The translations under genes were made by a program, and so were the position numbers. A DNA stretch of 64,000 nucleotides, from assembly GCA_038087875.1 (NCBI GenBank), contig CM075991.1:2728001-2792000 (forward strand), in the 5' to 3' direction. The notes under the pieces are model-generated. The model did not search any database and had not been told where the DNA came from. It saw nothing but the letters and a program-made list of their open reading frames with translations. Within the stretch, counting starts at the first letter, position 1. The number at the start of each line of letters is the position of its first letter. Of the stretch, positions 37,977 to 51,700 are shown piece by piece. Source of the stretch: Malacoraja senta (taxonomy: Eukaryota).

Positions 37977-40900
37977 AGAACTTGTTCATTTGTACAATCG
38001 TGGATTTAATTAGGGAGTGCAGAGCCTTTTATTTAGAACCAATGATGTCACTGAAGGGCTTTTAATAATATGTCTGTTGAAAAAGTTTGACCAATGTTGT
38101 GAATTGCCATCATCAGTCCCAGATCAATACGAGTGTGGATCAAGTTTCAGGCAGATTTAATTTTGTGAAGACAGATCAGCACTTGTTTAAAACTGACCTG
38201 TCAAACAAAGTGACATTGGTACTAACATAGTAGTTTATATACAGCATTATGTATTGTTGCCCAGTTTTATCAGAAGAAAATCAAAGCTAGCTTATGGCCA
38301 AGCTTAACATGGGTGCTTCAGGATGAAAATGACTCTCCAACCCTCACCTTTTGTGCAATTTAATTAGAAAGAAACATATACATCCAACCTAGTACAGCAA
38401 AACTGCAACCTGCATCGACTTCCCTCACCGAATCAACTTAAACTCCATGACATATATTTCAAGTTAGTTTTCAGAAACCTTATTTCATCTGAATATGCAA
38501 AACTCTAGCCAAAAACAAATTTAATAGATTTCTAGATATGTTAAGGGAAGAAAAAAGACTGCTAGAGGAACAAGTAGCAAAATTAAACATTTAATTGCTG
38601 CAACACTATAGCTGATTACTGCCAATTACAGTAGATGCGGAAACAACTGCTCAGATTATTATCTATTCACCACGTAAAATAAAGATTTGTAAAGGTTTGA
38701 AATTTCATTAAAGAACAATTCTAAAAGTGGTCACCAGGTCTGTTCTGTAAGCAGCAAAACAGAGCGAACATTTCAGGCCTCAGATTTGAAAAAGTTGGTT
38801 CCCACTATTTGTAAAATGAATACCAGGGATCGAGAGATAACCACTGCTTGCTCCAGTGCAGTGTATTTTCTGACATTGCTCTGCATGAACCAGTTATCAT
38901 GTGGACCTAATGTGAAAAAAATCTTTAAAAACACCAGACAAAAATGACCACAAAGGCATGCGACATTTCAGTGATCTGGTAAAAAATTCAACACTTGCTT
39001 GTGCCTTCCACCCTTATTATTGTTGTGCGTTGGAAGTCAAATGTCTCACAAATAAACCTGGAAAGATTACTGGTATCTGGCAAAGTTTTAGTCTATTCCA
39101 CCAAATAGACTTCTTCGAATGGAGAATTACTGTTATTGATAGCTACAATCTCATAAAAAGTAGCATGATAAATTTCTATGACTGAGGTAGACATTTTAGT
39201 TCCAGGGAGAATGTAAATCTCTTGAATCTTTTTTCTTTCATCACACAACCAATATTAGATTGGCATTAATAACTAATTTTCAATACTGGTTAATGAAAAG
39301 GTGCTTGGGAAGTGTGTTCATTGATTAGATGCTGATAATGATGTGCATTCATCTCAATGAATAGACTAGATGGAAGAGTAAAGTTTTTGGTTAATGGCAA
39401 ATTTCTTAAAGAGATCGGTAATTAATATTGCAGTCATAATTACTTTATTGTGCAAATGTTATAAAATAGAAAAGATTTATTTCAAATAGATAGGAAATGC
39501 AATATCCAAAGGGTTCTCATATGATTTAGTTACACAGAAGTTCCTTTATGTTTCAAAATGTATCTATCATTTTTAAACCGAATAAAAGATAGCACAGAAT
39601 GAAGTACTACTTTTAATTGGAGTTTAGTTTTCAAAACTGTAGCAATATTTCATAAATCCAAATCAAGTCTCCTAATACGTTAACAGGACCAGCAAGTTAT
39701 GCACCATTCTTCTGCATCCAAAATTCTGGGTTAAGTGTTCGAAGTCACAGTAAAACCTGCTCACCCGTGACCCTTGCTTATCATTCTACAATGGCTCCTG
39801 GTCTGCAGTTGCTCCATTTTAAAATACTTATCCTTGTAATTACCCATCCAGGGATTCACTCTACCATGTGTATCCTCCTCCAGAAGCAGTAACTTCCAAA
39901 ATCCTTGCACGTTTTTTGTTCTGGCATCTTCTGGGATCGCCCTTGTCAAACTGCTCCACCTCAGGCAGTTTTGCCTCCAGTTGTGGCAGCACTATGCTCC
40001 ACAAATCCCTCAATAATTGTCAGCACTTTGATTCAAACCACAAAACCTAACTCAAATTTTTTAGTCATCCTGCACATTTATAATCACAAGTTGATCATTT
40101 GTTTTCTGCCTTTGTACATTTTTCACTAAAACATAAGAAATGTAAGTTATCATAGAAAAACAAAGATTCAAATCCACTACTAATAAGTAGAAATGAAAAA
40201 TCTTCGCTGGGCGGGCTGAAAGGACTGTAGGTGAAAATAATGCAGTCTTAATCAAGTAAATGCAAAATTGCTTAGAATTCAGTAAGCAATTGTAAACATT
40301 GGTCAAAATCAAATTCACAGTGATGGCAATTATGCAATAAAAACACAGACAGCTTGCAAATGCCCCACCAAAACTACAGTGTATTCATTACTTGCAGCAA
40401 CTTGGAAAAACTCAGCCAAGTTCCACAACTTATTACCTTAAAACTTAACTCCGGCAAATGGCTGGCATCTTATATGGGCTGCTCAGGAATAGAATTAATG
40501 ATACAATCATTGGAGTAGCAAAAGGAAACAGTTTGAGTAGAATAGCTATTTTAATTTTATGCTTTAACTATCTTTGCTTGGATAAAGTTAGGCCTTATAT
40601 CAGTAAGCACAACATTTGTTATTGTGCATTTAGCTACAATGATCCGCAATTATATATTACATAAGAATTCTCAAATATTTTACAAAAAAATGTTTATTTA
40701 AAAAAATACTTCAAGAACTTAGCATCCACCAGACAGACACTGTATTGAAATTAACAGCACCTTCTACTTAAGTTTATTTTCAGAAATGCTTCAGTTGGCT
40801 TCATATCCAAATATAACAGGTATAGAAAAAAGGATTGTGCTATAAATCACAGAAAAAGTGTCGGTATAAAAGTACAACCACCCCAAAATTAAAAAAAATA

Positions 40901-41363
40901 AAGAACTCTAGTACCGCTTACCAAAGTTTAACATTCTTTCACTAATAGCTTAAATTGACTCTTGTAAACTATTCCTCAGGGATAGTTTGAATATCAGCAC
41001 ATTAATGTTAACTAGACAAATAGTAAGGTCTCTCATTACATGTTAAAATCATATTTTGTATTTTGAAAACAAACCAATGAGACAAGATTAAGTGGCTCAT
41101 TCATACATTTTTAGAGTTTAACAAAATATCAGCTCTCTCCACATTACTGCACGGTACTTCAGGAGAAGCAACAGGCTCAAAACAAAAATGGTGACAAATC
41201 ATTTCTTCCGAATGTCACCACGACATTGGCATCACCAACTGTGAAAGATGCACAGGACATTAGTTGCTCACTGAAGTGCATCATAGCATTCTTCAGAGTG
41301 TGCTTCGACAGACAGGAACAGAACCAGTTTCTAAGTCCAAAGAAATTTAAACCATTTGTGCAT

Positions 41364-41521
41364 TCAGTGACTGACGTCCATTTCAACAATGTCTTCCTCA
41401 GCAGAGAAAGCAGAGAAGCTGACAGGTTGACATTCAAGAGTCCGCAAGTTCACCAGACAGGCCTTTTGTGTGGTCGCAAATTCTGGGATGGCAACCAAAA
41501 GCAACCGTTGTCCTTCTACAC
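41364..41521 (-). CDS. POLD2: POLD2 last coding exon: [51 protein letters not shown]
   Basis: tag acceptor; ACLVNLRxLxCQP motif; TGA stop at 41366-41364. Confidence 0.94.
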
Positions 41522-41926
41522 CTAAGAACAGACAACACTTTCCTTCATTACTGCAAAGTATAAAAACTGGCAATGCACAGGAGGCTTCAGTGGCCCGGGA
41601 GTCTAATGAAAAGGCAAGGCCTACTCACATATATGTTACAAGTATTTCCAGCTCAAGTATCATCTCCTTGCATGCCTAGATTTTCAGCACAACCATTGCA
41701 CAAATCCTGAGAACCTCGGCTCAAAGGTTTGATGATAAAACAATGGGTGGACAACATTCAATCAGATAAAGTGTACATTTAAAAACATCTTTAGATAAAT
41801 ATATATCTACATAACCCATCATATTATTTACTTCATTTGTAGGAATGAAGTGAAATGTTTCATTACAAAGTAAATAGTAAAGTAGAGCAGCATCACACCT
41901 GTTGCCCCTTCTAGAACGACTATATA

Positions 41927-43105
41927 CTGGTCCACAACAGATTTTCCAGCACCCTTGGTTCCAGAGCCTTTCCAGTATTATGCGTTTTGCCAGACCAACA
42001 GAGGTAACCGCCTTGGGGGGGGGGGGGAGACTAAGGTAACGGCCTGCAAAGTCAACTGCGGAAGTCAGGTATGGGAATGGATCTGCTTGTGCCGGCTGCA
42101 GACAGCAAATTTGACCCGCCGATTGGGGGTGCTGTCCTGTATGGTATGGCTGCCCAGCCTGCAGCTGTTCGTTTTTTCACTCATTTTATATTTTTAGTGA
42201 GTTTTAGTGTTTTGTTTTATGGAGTTCTACTCTTTTTTATGTGGGAGGTGGGGGTGGGGGAAAACTACTTTTCAGGGTCTCTACCTGGTCGGAGAGACGG
42301 CTTTTCTCCGGGCTACACTTTCAACCCGTCCTCGCGGCCTACCAGCGGACCTGGAGTGGCGTATTCCTGAGGGGACCGGCCAGAACCTCGGCTCCGGTGG
42401 CGGCACAGCGCTGGAGCGCTATCGCGGAGCGGAGCGTGCGATGCCTTGCCTGGGTCGCCGCGCTGGAACTCCGGTGAGCTGAAGACTGCCGATGAACATC
42501 GCGGAGCTGCGGGTCTGTGGAGCGGCCAGCTGCGGCGCTGACTTTAACATCGGGAGCCTGGGATCTCTCGCCGAGATCGCCAGTGGTAGAGCACCATCCT
42601 GTTGGCTTCGGAAGCCGCGGTCTCCGGTAAGGATGCTGCCGTTCCAGGCATCCCAAGCCGCTGAGAGGATTCTCCCAACGCCGGAGCACCATCACCCGGC
42701 GAGAACGGCCTGGAACATCGGGCCTCCGTAAAGGCGACTGCAGAGGCCATAATGGGCCCGACTATGGGTGGACATGGGATGGGACTGGACATTGTGCCTT
42801 CCCTCATAATGGGAACCATTGTGGGGGGATGTTTTTTATGTTTAAATCTCTTATTATTGTTATGTCTGTATTCTTTTTTTATGTGCTGCATTGGCAAGAA
42901 GCATTTCACTACACCTATGGTGTATGTGACCAATAAATAACCTTTGAACCTTTGATTGGCCATGGTAGTCCTGATGAGGTAAAGATCGGCTGCCTGACCC
43001 GCACTAGGCGCCACATTTTCGTGGGGGAATTCACCAGTTGCCGGAAAATCGGTGGTGGACCTTTATTTGAAACTGCAAATTCTGCATATGAGGCTGCCAA
43101 ATTCT
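41927..43105. mobile_element. TIR MITE interrupted by a GC-rich retroposon (~42015-42955)
   Basis: ggtccacaacagattttccagca / tgccggaaaatcggtggtggacc inverted ends; inner element ends aataaataacctttgaacctttga. Confidence 0.6.
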
Positions 43106-44344
43106 CTCTTTTGAAGAACATAAACTGGATGTTTTGCACTCAACTGTGCTCTACATCTCTGTGAAAAAAGTAATCAATTTTGATTAATTCAATGTAATAG
43201 TTTTAAACCCAAGAGCCGTGTTTGGCTTATCCTATTTCAGTCACAACTCCATGGGTATCCTGACTGGTGAACTTCACTGCAGATTATTCAAGTAGATTGT
43301 CTTGAGAACCTGATTTTGTATTGCGAGCTACAGCAAAACGTTACTTTCAGATCAATTCATCACATTCATACCACTCCCAGCTTTAGAAACACAAATGCAA
43401 AAAAAAGGTTTCAATGCCTAGCAACCTATCTGCACATGTCCTCAAAGTAATCCAAATGGTTTATGTATTAATACAATAGTTGGATTAATTCTACAGATGA
43501 TCAAGAACACTGGAAAAAACAAAACAAATAACTTTAGTTATGGTGAAGATAGACACAAAAAACTGGAGTAACTCAGTGGGTCAGACAGCATCTGTTGAGA
43601 AAAGGAATAGGTGACGTTTCGGGTTGAGACCCTCAGAGTTATGATTTGTGCCCTTAATACATTTCTGGTATGTGGTAGGGTCCTGAGGAGTGTTGTGGAA
43701 CAGAGACCCCAGGGCGCAGGTACAAAGTTCCTTGAAAATCACAACACAGGTAGGTGGTGCATGGCATGCTTGCCTTATCAATCTGCATTTTGAGTACCTG
43801 AGTTTGGACAGCATGGTGCACCTGTACATGGTTCTGGCAAGGATACATTTGAAGTACTGGGTACTGTTCTGGTCATCCTGCTACATGAAAGATGTAATTA
43901 AACTGGAAAGAGCACAAAAAGGATTTACAAGGTTGTTGCCAGGACTGGAAGATTTGAGTTCAAAGGAAATGCCGAATAGACCAGGACTTTTTGTTAACTC
44001 CAGGAGCATTGAGGTATATAACATCATGACAGCAGATAAAGCAAATAAGCCAGACATTTCTCAAGGTGTAGGTTTGAGAGCAAGGAAACTCTATAACTAT
44101 AATGCTGTGGCAAAGCACGATTCCCCAGTGCATTCCTCCATATTGTTATTACTCACAATAAAAATACAAGATATTAGCATACATTATAAATTCATGCTCA
44201 GTAGACTTGCTTCAAATTATTCCCATTTTAGTAGCTTGAAAATATTTTAACTGTATTCGTCATTTCAGCCCAAAAAGAGATTAGGCTTCCAGTGCAATAC
44301 AATATTTCCAATGCCATATAATCATTAATAACAGCAATCCTCAC

Positions 44345-44446
44345 CTTTGATGATTTTTGATTTGAATGACGGAGCATTGCCACAAAAGTAAACATGAGGA
44401 CAATCCTTGATAATGAACGGGTCAGTTTCGTAGAATGGGTAACATC
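44345..44446 (-). CDS. POLD2: POLD2 exon: [33 protein letters not shown](G)
   Basis: tag acceptor, gtgagg donor; [12 protein letters not shown] motif. Confidence 0.95.
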
Positions 44447-44946
44447 CTAAGAACATGAACACAAGAGATACTTCTATACTTAATATTACTCCATCACGGC
44501 AGGACATTGAACAGCAAAAAACAACCACAGCCCCTTATGTCCTAGGACAGAATATAATTACATAAAGTCACAAAAATGGTAGATTACAGCTTACTTCCAA
44601 TGCTATATTTTAATAAAACACAGAATATAGAAATTAGGTATCCTTCATATATTGGAAAGAGTCGAATGTATAATTTGTTATATGCACCAGAAATGGAACA
44701 ATGAAATTCTTACTCGCTAAGTTTTGTTGGCTCATTAACACAATCATAATTAATAATACAATAAATTATCAGCGATACTGGGTAACCAGACTATAATAGT
44801 GCAAACCAAAGTATGAAGTGCAACCAAAACAAAGTTCATAGTAGATTGTTGCTAAGGTAGGGTCCTAGTTAGGGACAAGTTGAAATATCTACAGAGAGGC
44901 CAAAAGTGCAGGATAATTAGGTTCTATGGTTGCTCTAAAGGCTTAC

Positions 44947-45074
44947 CAAGTGTGTCAGGCGAAGTAGGGCTCAAGTGGCCAATCTTTAAAGTCCATTCCA
45001 GGATTTCCAAGTGATCGTTCATACTGCTATAACAGAATATGTCGTTCACATTCTGTCCTGCTGTACCCAGAAAC
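44947..45074 (-). CDS. POLD2: POLD2 exon: [42 protein letters not shown](G)
   Basis: tag acceptor, gtaagc donor; GQNVxDI and HxSPTxPDTL motifs. Confidence 0.95.
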
Positions 45075-45290
45075 CTAAACACAAGGATTCAAATTTAGGC
45101 TTCACAATGCAATTCAGAAGACATTGCAATTCAAAATCTATTCATTTTGATAATCCTCAAATTAAGAGTCCACTTAGCGTGCTGCTAACCAAAATCCTTC
45201 ACATTTAAAACAGTCATGCTTGCCAGGACCCCTACAAAACATACTCTTAATTTGATTGTTGTTTGCACACATTTGCCCCTTGGTCAATAC

Positions 45291-45448
45291 CTGACTCCGT
45301 CAATATCTGCTTGGTAAGGGTTGGTGACCAGCTGCATCGTGGGGTAAGTAACAGCTTGTGGAAACATACAATGGTGCAGAGGCTGCTGTGGCAACGTATA
45401 ATTTGTTGGATCAAATTCACCAGGCATGCAATCAACAGGAACTGAGGC
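45291..45448 (-). CDS. POLD2: POLD2 exon: [52 protein letters not shown](R)
   Basis: cag acceptor, gtattg donor; [18 protein letters not shown] signature. Confidence 0.96.
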
Positions 45449-45625
45449 CTGCAGTGAACACAGTAAAAATAATACATCCATCCTTCAACAATCATGGCAA
45501 CTTGAATACATACATTTACTGAAATCACAAACTCGCTCAGTTTAAAAATAAATATAAAGTTCCATCATTTCTTCTCCAGCACTAATTCCAGTATATCCTG
45601 ACAATAGCAAAATAAAAATACATAC

Positions 45626-45706
45626 GCTCAGTTGCACCAGGATTTCATCCAGCATTTTAATGGCTTCTACACTAGCAGCCTGTGTCTTCTTTGTTAGGTA
45701 TTTTGC
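45626..45706 (-). CDS. POLD2: POLD2 exon: [27 protein letters not shown]
   Basis: tag acceptor, gtatgt donor; 81 nt; near-identical to recalled POLD2. Confidence 0.94.
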
Positions 45707-45819
45707 CTAAAACCCAAGTAACAGATTAGAAAGTTATACATTTGCCAAATACTTAAAAATAAACTGTCAGGTAAAATAAATAACCATGTACCAGGACTGG
45801 TTCTCCTCGGCTCATGAAT

Positions 45820-46650
45820 TACAATACAATACAATACAATTTATTTGTCTTTTGGACAAATTTGTCATTTGGACCCCTTGAGGTTCAAACGAAATGTCGT
45901 TTCTGCAGCCATACATTACAAAACGAAGAAGACCCGAGACACAACACAATTTACACATACATCCATCACAGCGCTGTGATGGAAGGCAAAAAAAAATTAT
46001 CTCTCCACTGCACCTCCCCCCCCCCAATGTCAGAGTCAAAGTCAAAGCCCCTGGCGGGCGATGGTAATTATCCCGCGGCCATTAAAGCCACGCCGGGTGA
46101 TGCAAGGTCGCGCACCGGGTCTTGGTGTTAGAGCCCCGGCGCGCGCTCGCAAAGTCCGGCGGCCATTCCAAGCCGCGCGGGGGGATAAAGCCCCGCTCCA
46201 GGTGCTCTTCAACCCCGCAACTCGGGCGGGAGAAGTCGCCGCTGTGGAAGCCCCGAAAAGCGGTCTCCCACCAGGGTCCGCCAGACCCGCGGTTGTAGCC
46301 TCCGAATCTCCAGGGGTCGGGTAGCAGCAGCGATTGTCTCCACCACAGCTCCACCCGCTCCGGACTCGGCCAGCCCCGCGACGGTGAGTAGTCCGCAGCT
46401 CCGCAACTGGAGCCCCAGGTCGTTCCTGCTGGAGGCTGCTCCACGTTGCCCAGCCCCAACGACAACGGAGACCCGACAAAGAAAAGGTCGGGTCTCCCGT
46501 GCAGGGGAAAGATTTTAAAGTTTCCCCCCCCCCCCCACACACATACCCCGACAAAAAAAATAATTAAAAAACTACATAAAAACGAGACAAAAATAATAAA
46601 AAGACAGACGGACTGCAGAGGCCGCTGCAAACGAGAGTCGCGCCGCCCAC
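45820..46650 (-). mobile_element. GC-rich non-autonomous retroposon with (ATTGT)n tail
   Basis: (acaat)n at ~45820-45840 then tttatt; GC-rich body without a recognisable ORF. Confidence 0.55.
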
Positions 46651-47239
46651 CGAACAATTAACATCTGATCTTCCAACAATTTGATCATCCAAATAATTAA
46701 TGTAACCCCAATTATATTCACATTGCAGCCTGATAAATAAACTTATGCCATCCAACCTGAAATTATCAGTCACTGCTTCCACCAATCCCAGAGTTACAGC
46801 AATAAAGGTACCAGATATTTTTTACCTCAACACTTCTCACTGGCCATTTTAACAATCAACAAATTCAGAATTGCAGAACGTAAAATACCAACACTCCAAA
46901 CTTAATTATTTTGCGTAGCTCTTGAACCTGGAGAGATTCACTGTGAAGCATAGCACAGTGGCACAGCTGGCAGTAGGGCTGTATCTCACTCAAATGTATA
47001 CAAAAAAATATGAATGGGCCATTTTTGAATGGGCCATTTTTGTTTAAATGCTCAACGAGTAAATTCTCCTCTCAGCTAAGCTAAACTAAAACTTTCTAAA
47101 CTAAACTTCTAAGCTAAGCGTTTTGTAAATTTTTACATACATCATTGATTTTCAAGTCGCAGATTGCCAGATATATTTAATGACGCCTTCTGTTCATTTC
47201 CCACCTGAAACTTGAAGCACATGACTTCTTTGAGATTAC

Positions 47240-47438
47240 CTTGGTGAAAGAATCTTTATTCTGGGTGTTGCGACTGAGAAGGTTTCCTGCCAAAATCACA
47301 CGGGAAATTTTTGCAGCACTACTCTGCTCGCCCTCGTCTCCCAATTGTCCTGTTACCATGTCAATGAGAAGTTGCAAACTGAGAAGACTGTCCGCATTCT
47401 TTCCACCCAAGCCAAGGCCCGAAACCAATAAAACATAC
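47240..47438 (-). CDS. POLD2: POLD2 exon: [66 protein letters not shown]
   Basis: aag acceptor, gtaatc donor; within ORF 47177..47461. Confidence 0.95.
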
Positions 47439-47504
47439 CTTAAAAATAGCAAAAGGTACAATTAATTCACAGGAATTATTATAATCAAATTTAGAGGATT
47501 AAGG

Positions 47505-47900
47505 AATAGAAACATAGAAACATATAAAATAGGTGCAGGAGTAGGCCATTCGGCCCTTCGAGCCTGCACCGCCATTTGATATGATCATGGCTGATCATCC
47601 AACTCAGTATCCCATCCCTGCCTTCTCTCCATACCCCCTGATCCCTTTAGCCACAAGGGCCACATCTAACTCCCTCTTAAATATAGCCAATGAACTGGCC
47701 TCAACTACCTTCTGTGGCAGAGAATTCCACAGATTCACCACTCTCTGTGTAAAAATTGATTTCCTCATCTCGGTCCTAAAAGTCTTCCCTCATATCCTTA
47801 AACTGTGACCCCTAGTTCTGGACTTCCCCAACATCGGGAATAATCTTCCTGCATCTAGCCTGTCCAACCCCTTAAGAATTTTGTAAGTTTCTATAAGAAT
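47505..47900 (-). mobile_element. CR1/HER1 LINE 3' fragment
   Basis: Same family as 21030-21722 and 58500-59435. Confidence 0.88.
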
Positions 47901-48659
47901 GACCCGAGTTATGAAGTAATTTGTTCGCCTAAATGGAATCTTCAAACTTGGAGTAAAAGAGGGTTAGGTAATATCTTTTCACTCCAGATTATGATAAAAT
48001 TAATAAGGGCATCGTAGAGACCATATATAGTGCTCTACTTTGGAGGTGTTTCTGAGGCAATGAAAATACTGAACTAAGAATATGAAGAAGTCGGTACCTA
48101 AAATTCATCCAAAAGTGTTGGGCCAAATAGCCACATAGGAATATAAAATAAAGTAACAGCACTCAGCCATTCAGCCCCTCGAGCTTGGCTTATCATTCGA
48201 TAATGGCCTTGGCTCCATTTTCCTACCTGACCCCATAACTCTTAGCACCCTATAGCTCAAATATATCTCAGCGTGCTTTATAAAAAAATAAAATATAATA
48301 AAATAAAATAAAATATAATCATTGCCAATCAAGAGAACTGAAGAACAAAAAGACAGTGGTGTAAAACAACATCAAATTAGGCATGTACATGTCCTCCCTA
48401 GGTTACGACATAGTTGCACTCCCACAAACTGTTTGCCAGTCAGTAAAAGCCGCCGAGGATCAAGTTCCCACCTGGTAAAAATGCCTACAGTTCTGCAGCA
48501 GCTAACAAATCCAAACCACTCATCACCCAGATACTAGTTCATATATACAGGCTGTACGCAAGTCAGGCATTAGACGGGAGGACCTGTGTATCTCATGTCA
48601 ATCATAGAAATCTAGAAATTATTCTCTTAAAATGAATTAAATACAATTGTTTTCATCAC

Positions 48660-48774
48660 CTATCAGTGTCCGATACTGGCAGTTGCTGCTGTGGTGGGAT
48701 ATCCGAGGTACAAAGATCCTCCACAAGGAACTTTCCATTATCCTGCTCTGCTCCAAATAATGCAATAACCGCCC
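48660..48774 (-). CDS. POLD2: POLD2 exon: (G)AVIALFGAEQDNGKFLVEDLCTSDIPPQQQLPVSDTD(R)
   Basis: cag acceptor, gtgatg donor; GKFLVED motif; phase compatible. Confidence 0.92.
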
Positions 48775-49591
48775 CTGGTAAACAAGGCACATGGTGACAT
48801 TAGATGCAGGTATGAACTCTGCAATACTAAGAGGTTATGTTAGCCAAAAAAAAATATTAAAAGGGGCCACAGCATTTGGGGTAACTATAGGGATAGTTGT
48901 AATCATGGCAGAAACATTTAAAATAAATAACCACAGATGAACTTTGTGCATTAAATTTTACAACTGAGCAACAGGATAACCATGACAAACGACACAAAGG
49001 TTACTTAAGTCAAACGAGAAACTGGGGAAGAATTTGATCAATTGCAAGGAGAGATAATAAAACATCCAAAGCACAATATGCATATTTTTAAGCATCTGGT
49101 TATAGGATACATTTAAAATCTGGTGCATGCTATTTTCCAACAGCAAGCTAAAAGGATTTACATCAACATTCATTCCCAATGTTCATCCCAATTAATACAA
49201 TTTGTTAATATTATTGAATGACTGCAGGAAATTTCTGGCAAAGGTAGGATTTTCAAGAATTATTTCTGAATGCATAAAAAGAAAAAAAAAATCCTTAAAT
49301 CTGAATTTACTAAGTTTGTCTCTTAAAAATAAAATAAAATCCTAGAAAGCAGGCATTGCAGCCAGGCTAGGATTTAATATTTATGCCAAATGTTCTTGAA
49401 AAATTATGGCAATCTGCTTTCTCAACCCATTGCAGTCCTTATTGTTGTTAACCAAGTGACAATGTACAAACAGTAATATACCCAAGTCGACATTGCGTAC
49501 ACGTCTAAGTGACGTACCAATGTACCCGGAGAGGAGTTATTCTCACTTGGAAGACAATGGGCTAATTAGCGACAGTCAGCATGGCCTTATT

Positions 49592-50320
49592 ATTAGTTTA
49601 GTTTATTGTTACGTGTACTGAGGTCGAGAAAAGCTTTTTGTTGCCTGCTAACCAGTCAGTGGAAAGACGATGCGTGATTACAATCGAGCTGTCCACTGTG
49701 TACAGATACATGATAAAGGGTTTTATTTTTAGTGCAGGATAAATTCCAGTAAAGTCTGATTAAGGATAGTCCGAGGGTCTTCAATGAGGTAGATAGTAGC
49801 TCAGGACTGCTCTCTAGTTGTTGATAGGATCATTCAGCAGCTGCCTGAAAACAGCTGGGAAGACACGGTCTCTGAATCCACAGGTGTGTGTTTTCACACT
49901 TCTGTACCTCTTGCCTGATGGAACTGGGGTGAAGAGGGAGTGACCTGTGTGAGACTCGTCCTTGATTATGCTGCTGACCTTGCATAAGCAGCATGAAGTG
50001 TAGATGGAGACAATGGAAGGGAGGTTGGTATGTGTCATGGTCTGGGCTACGTCCACTATTCTCTGCAATTTCTTGCCGTCTTGGAAGGAGCCGTTCCCAA
50101 ACCATGATGTGATGCATCTTGATAAAATGCTTTCTACAGTGCATGCGGAGAGGTTTGGGAAAGTTATTGGGGGCATGCCGAACTTCCTAAGCCTGCTAAG
50201 GAAGTAGAGGGAGGCATGGGCTATTGCTTCGATATGGCTAGTCCAGGACAAGCTGCTGGTGATATTTACTCCTAGGAACTTGAAGCTTTCAACCACCTCT
50301 ACTTCAGCCCCATCAATGTA
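49592..50320 (-). mobile_element. Rex1/Babar-type LINE 3' fragment
   Basis: ORF 49814..50296 VESFKFLGVNIT...PSGKRYRSVKT. Confidence 0.88.
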
Positions 50321-50364
50321 TATGTGTTCTGCTGCGCATTCTGAAATCGGCTTTGTCTGTGTAG

Positions 50365-51700
50365 ATCACACCTTACAAATTGTATTGATTATTTTGAGGA
50401 GGTGACAAGAGTGATCAATGAAGGTAGGGCAATGGATGTGGTCTACATGGATTTTAGTAAGGCATACAATGAAGTCCTTCTTGGAAAGCTGATCGAGAAT
50501 ATTAAGATGCACGGGATCAATAATGACTTGGTTGTGTGAATTCATAGATGGTTCACTTACAGTAGACATAACGTTGTGACGGAAAGCTGTTATTCTGGCT
50601 GGAGATCAGCGACCAGTGGAGTTCTGCAGGGACTGGTACTCTGTATGCAGTACTGGGACCTCTGTTGGTTTGCAAGTTTGGAGATGAAACCAAAATTGGT
50701 TGAGTTGCAGATAGTGTGGAAGGTTGTCAAAAGTATACAGCGAGATATAGATCAGCTACAGAAATTGCAGATGGACTTTAATCTGAGCAAGTGTGAGGTG
50801 TTGAACTTTGAGAGGTTGAATGTAAAGGGAAAGAATACAGTAATGGGAAAGCCATCAACAACATTAATGCACCGAGGGGTTTTGTCCAAATCCATAGCTG
50901 CGTGAAGTGGCAACACAAACAGACAGAGTGGTAAAGTAGACTTATGGTATGCTGGCCTTCATAGGTCAAGGTATGAGCACAAGAAACAGGAAACCCATTG
51001 CAGCGTTCTTGGACTTTGATTTGGCCATGTTTAGCGTATTGTGTGCTTCCCATTATAGGAAGTATGTGGAAGCTTTGGAGAGGGTGCAGAAGAGGTTTGC
51101 CAGAATGATTTGGAAAGAATTGCAGATGCTGGTTTAAATCGAAGGTAGACACAAAATGCTGGAGTAACTCGGCAAGACAGGCAGCAACTCTGGAGAGAAT
51201 GGGTTACGTTTCGGGTCGAGACCCTTCTTCGGACTGATCAGATTTACCAGAATGCTGCCTGGATTAGAAGATATTAGTATTAAGGAGAAATTAAATAAAC
51301 TTGAATTGGTTTCACAGGAAGGCCAGAGGCTGAGGGAGACACCTAATAGAAGTATATAAAATTACAAGAGACAAGCCAGGGGTCAAGACCTTCCTCCCCT
51401 GGGTGAAAATGTCATAGACAAGGAGGCATAACCTTAATGTGACACATGCAACATCTAAAGGAGGTATTTTGTAAACACGGAAAGTGATGGGTGGCTAGAG
51501 ATTCCAGGGATGGTGGGGAAAGTTGTACAATATTGGGGGATTTTTAAAGCGGCTTTTGGATTGGCACATAGATATGCAGGGAATGGAGGGACGGGGATCA
51601 TATGCAAGCAGGGATTAGTTTAACTTGGCATCATAACTTGGTTCAGCAGAAGCAATGTGGGCTGAAGAACTTGTTCTAGTGCTGTACTGTTCTGTTATGC
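50365..51700 (+). mobile_element. Decayed CR1 LINE RT region with inserted Penelope-derived repeat
   Basis: DVVYMDFSKAY, WRSATSGVLQGLVL, ALERVQKRFARM. Confidence 0.8.

Noticed and set aside
42970..42990. CTGATGAG as another hammerhead core
   Set aside because: No stem II followed by GAAA downstream
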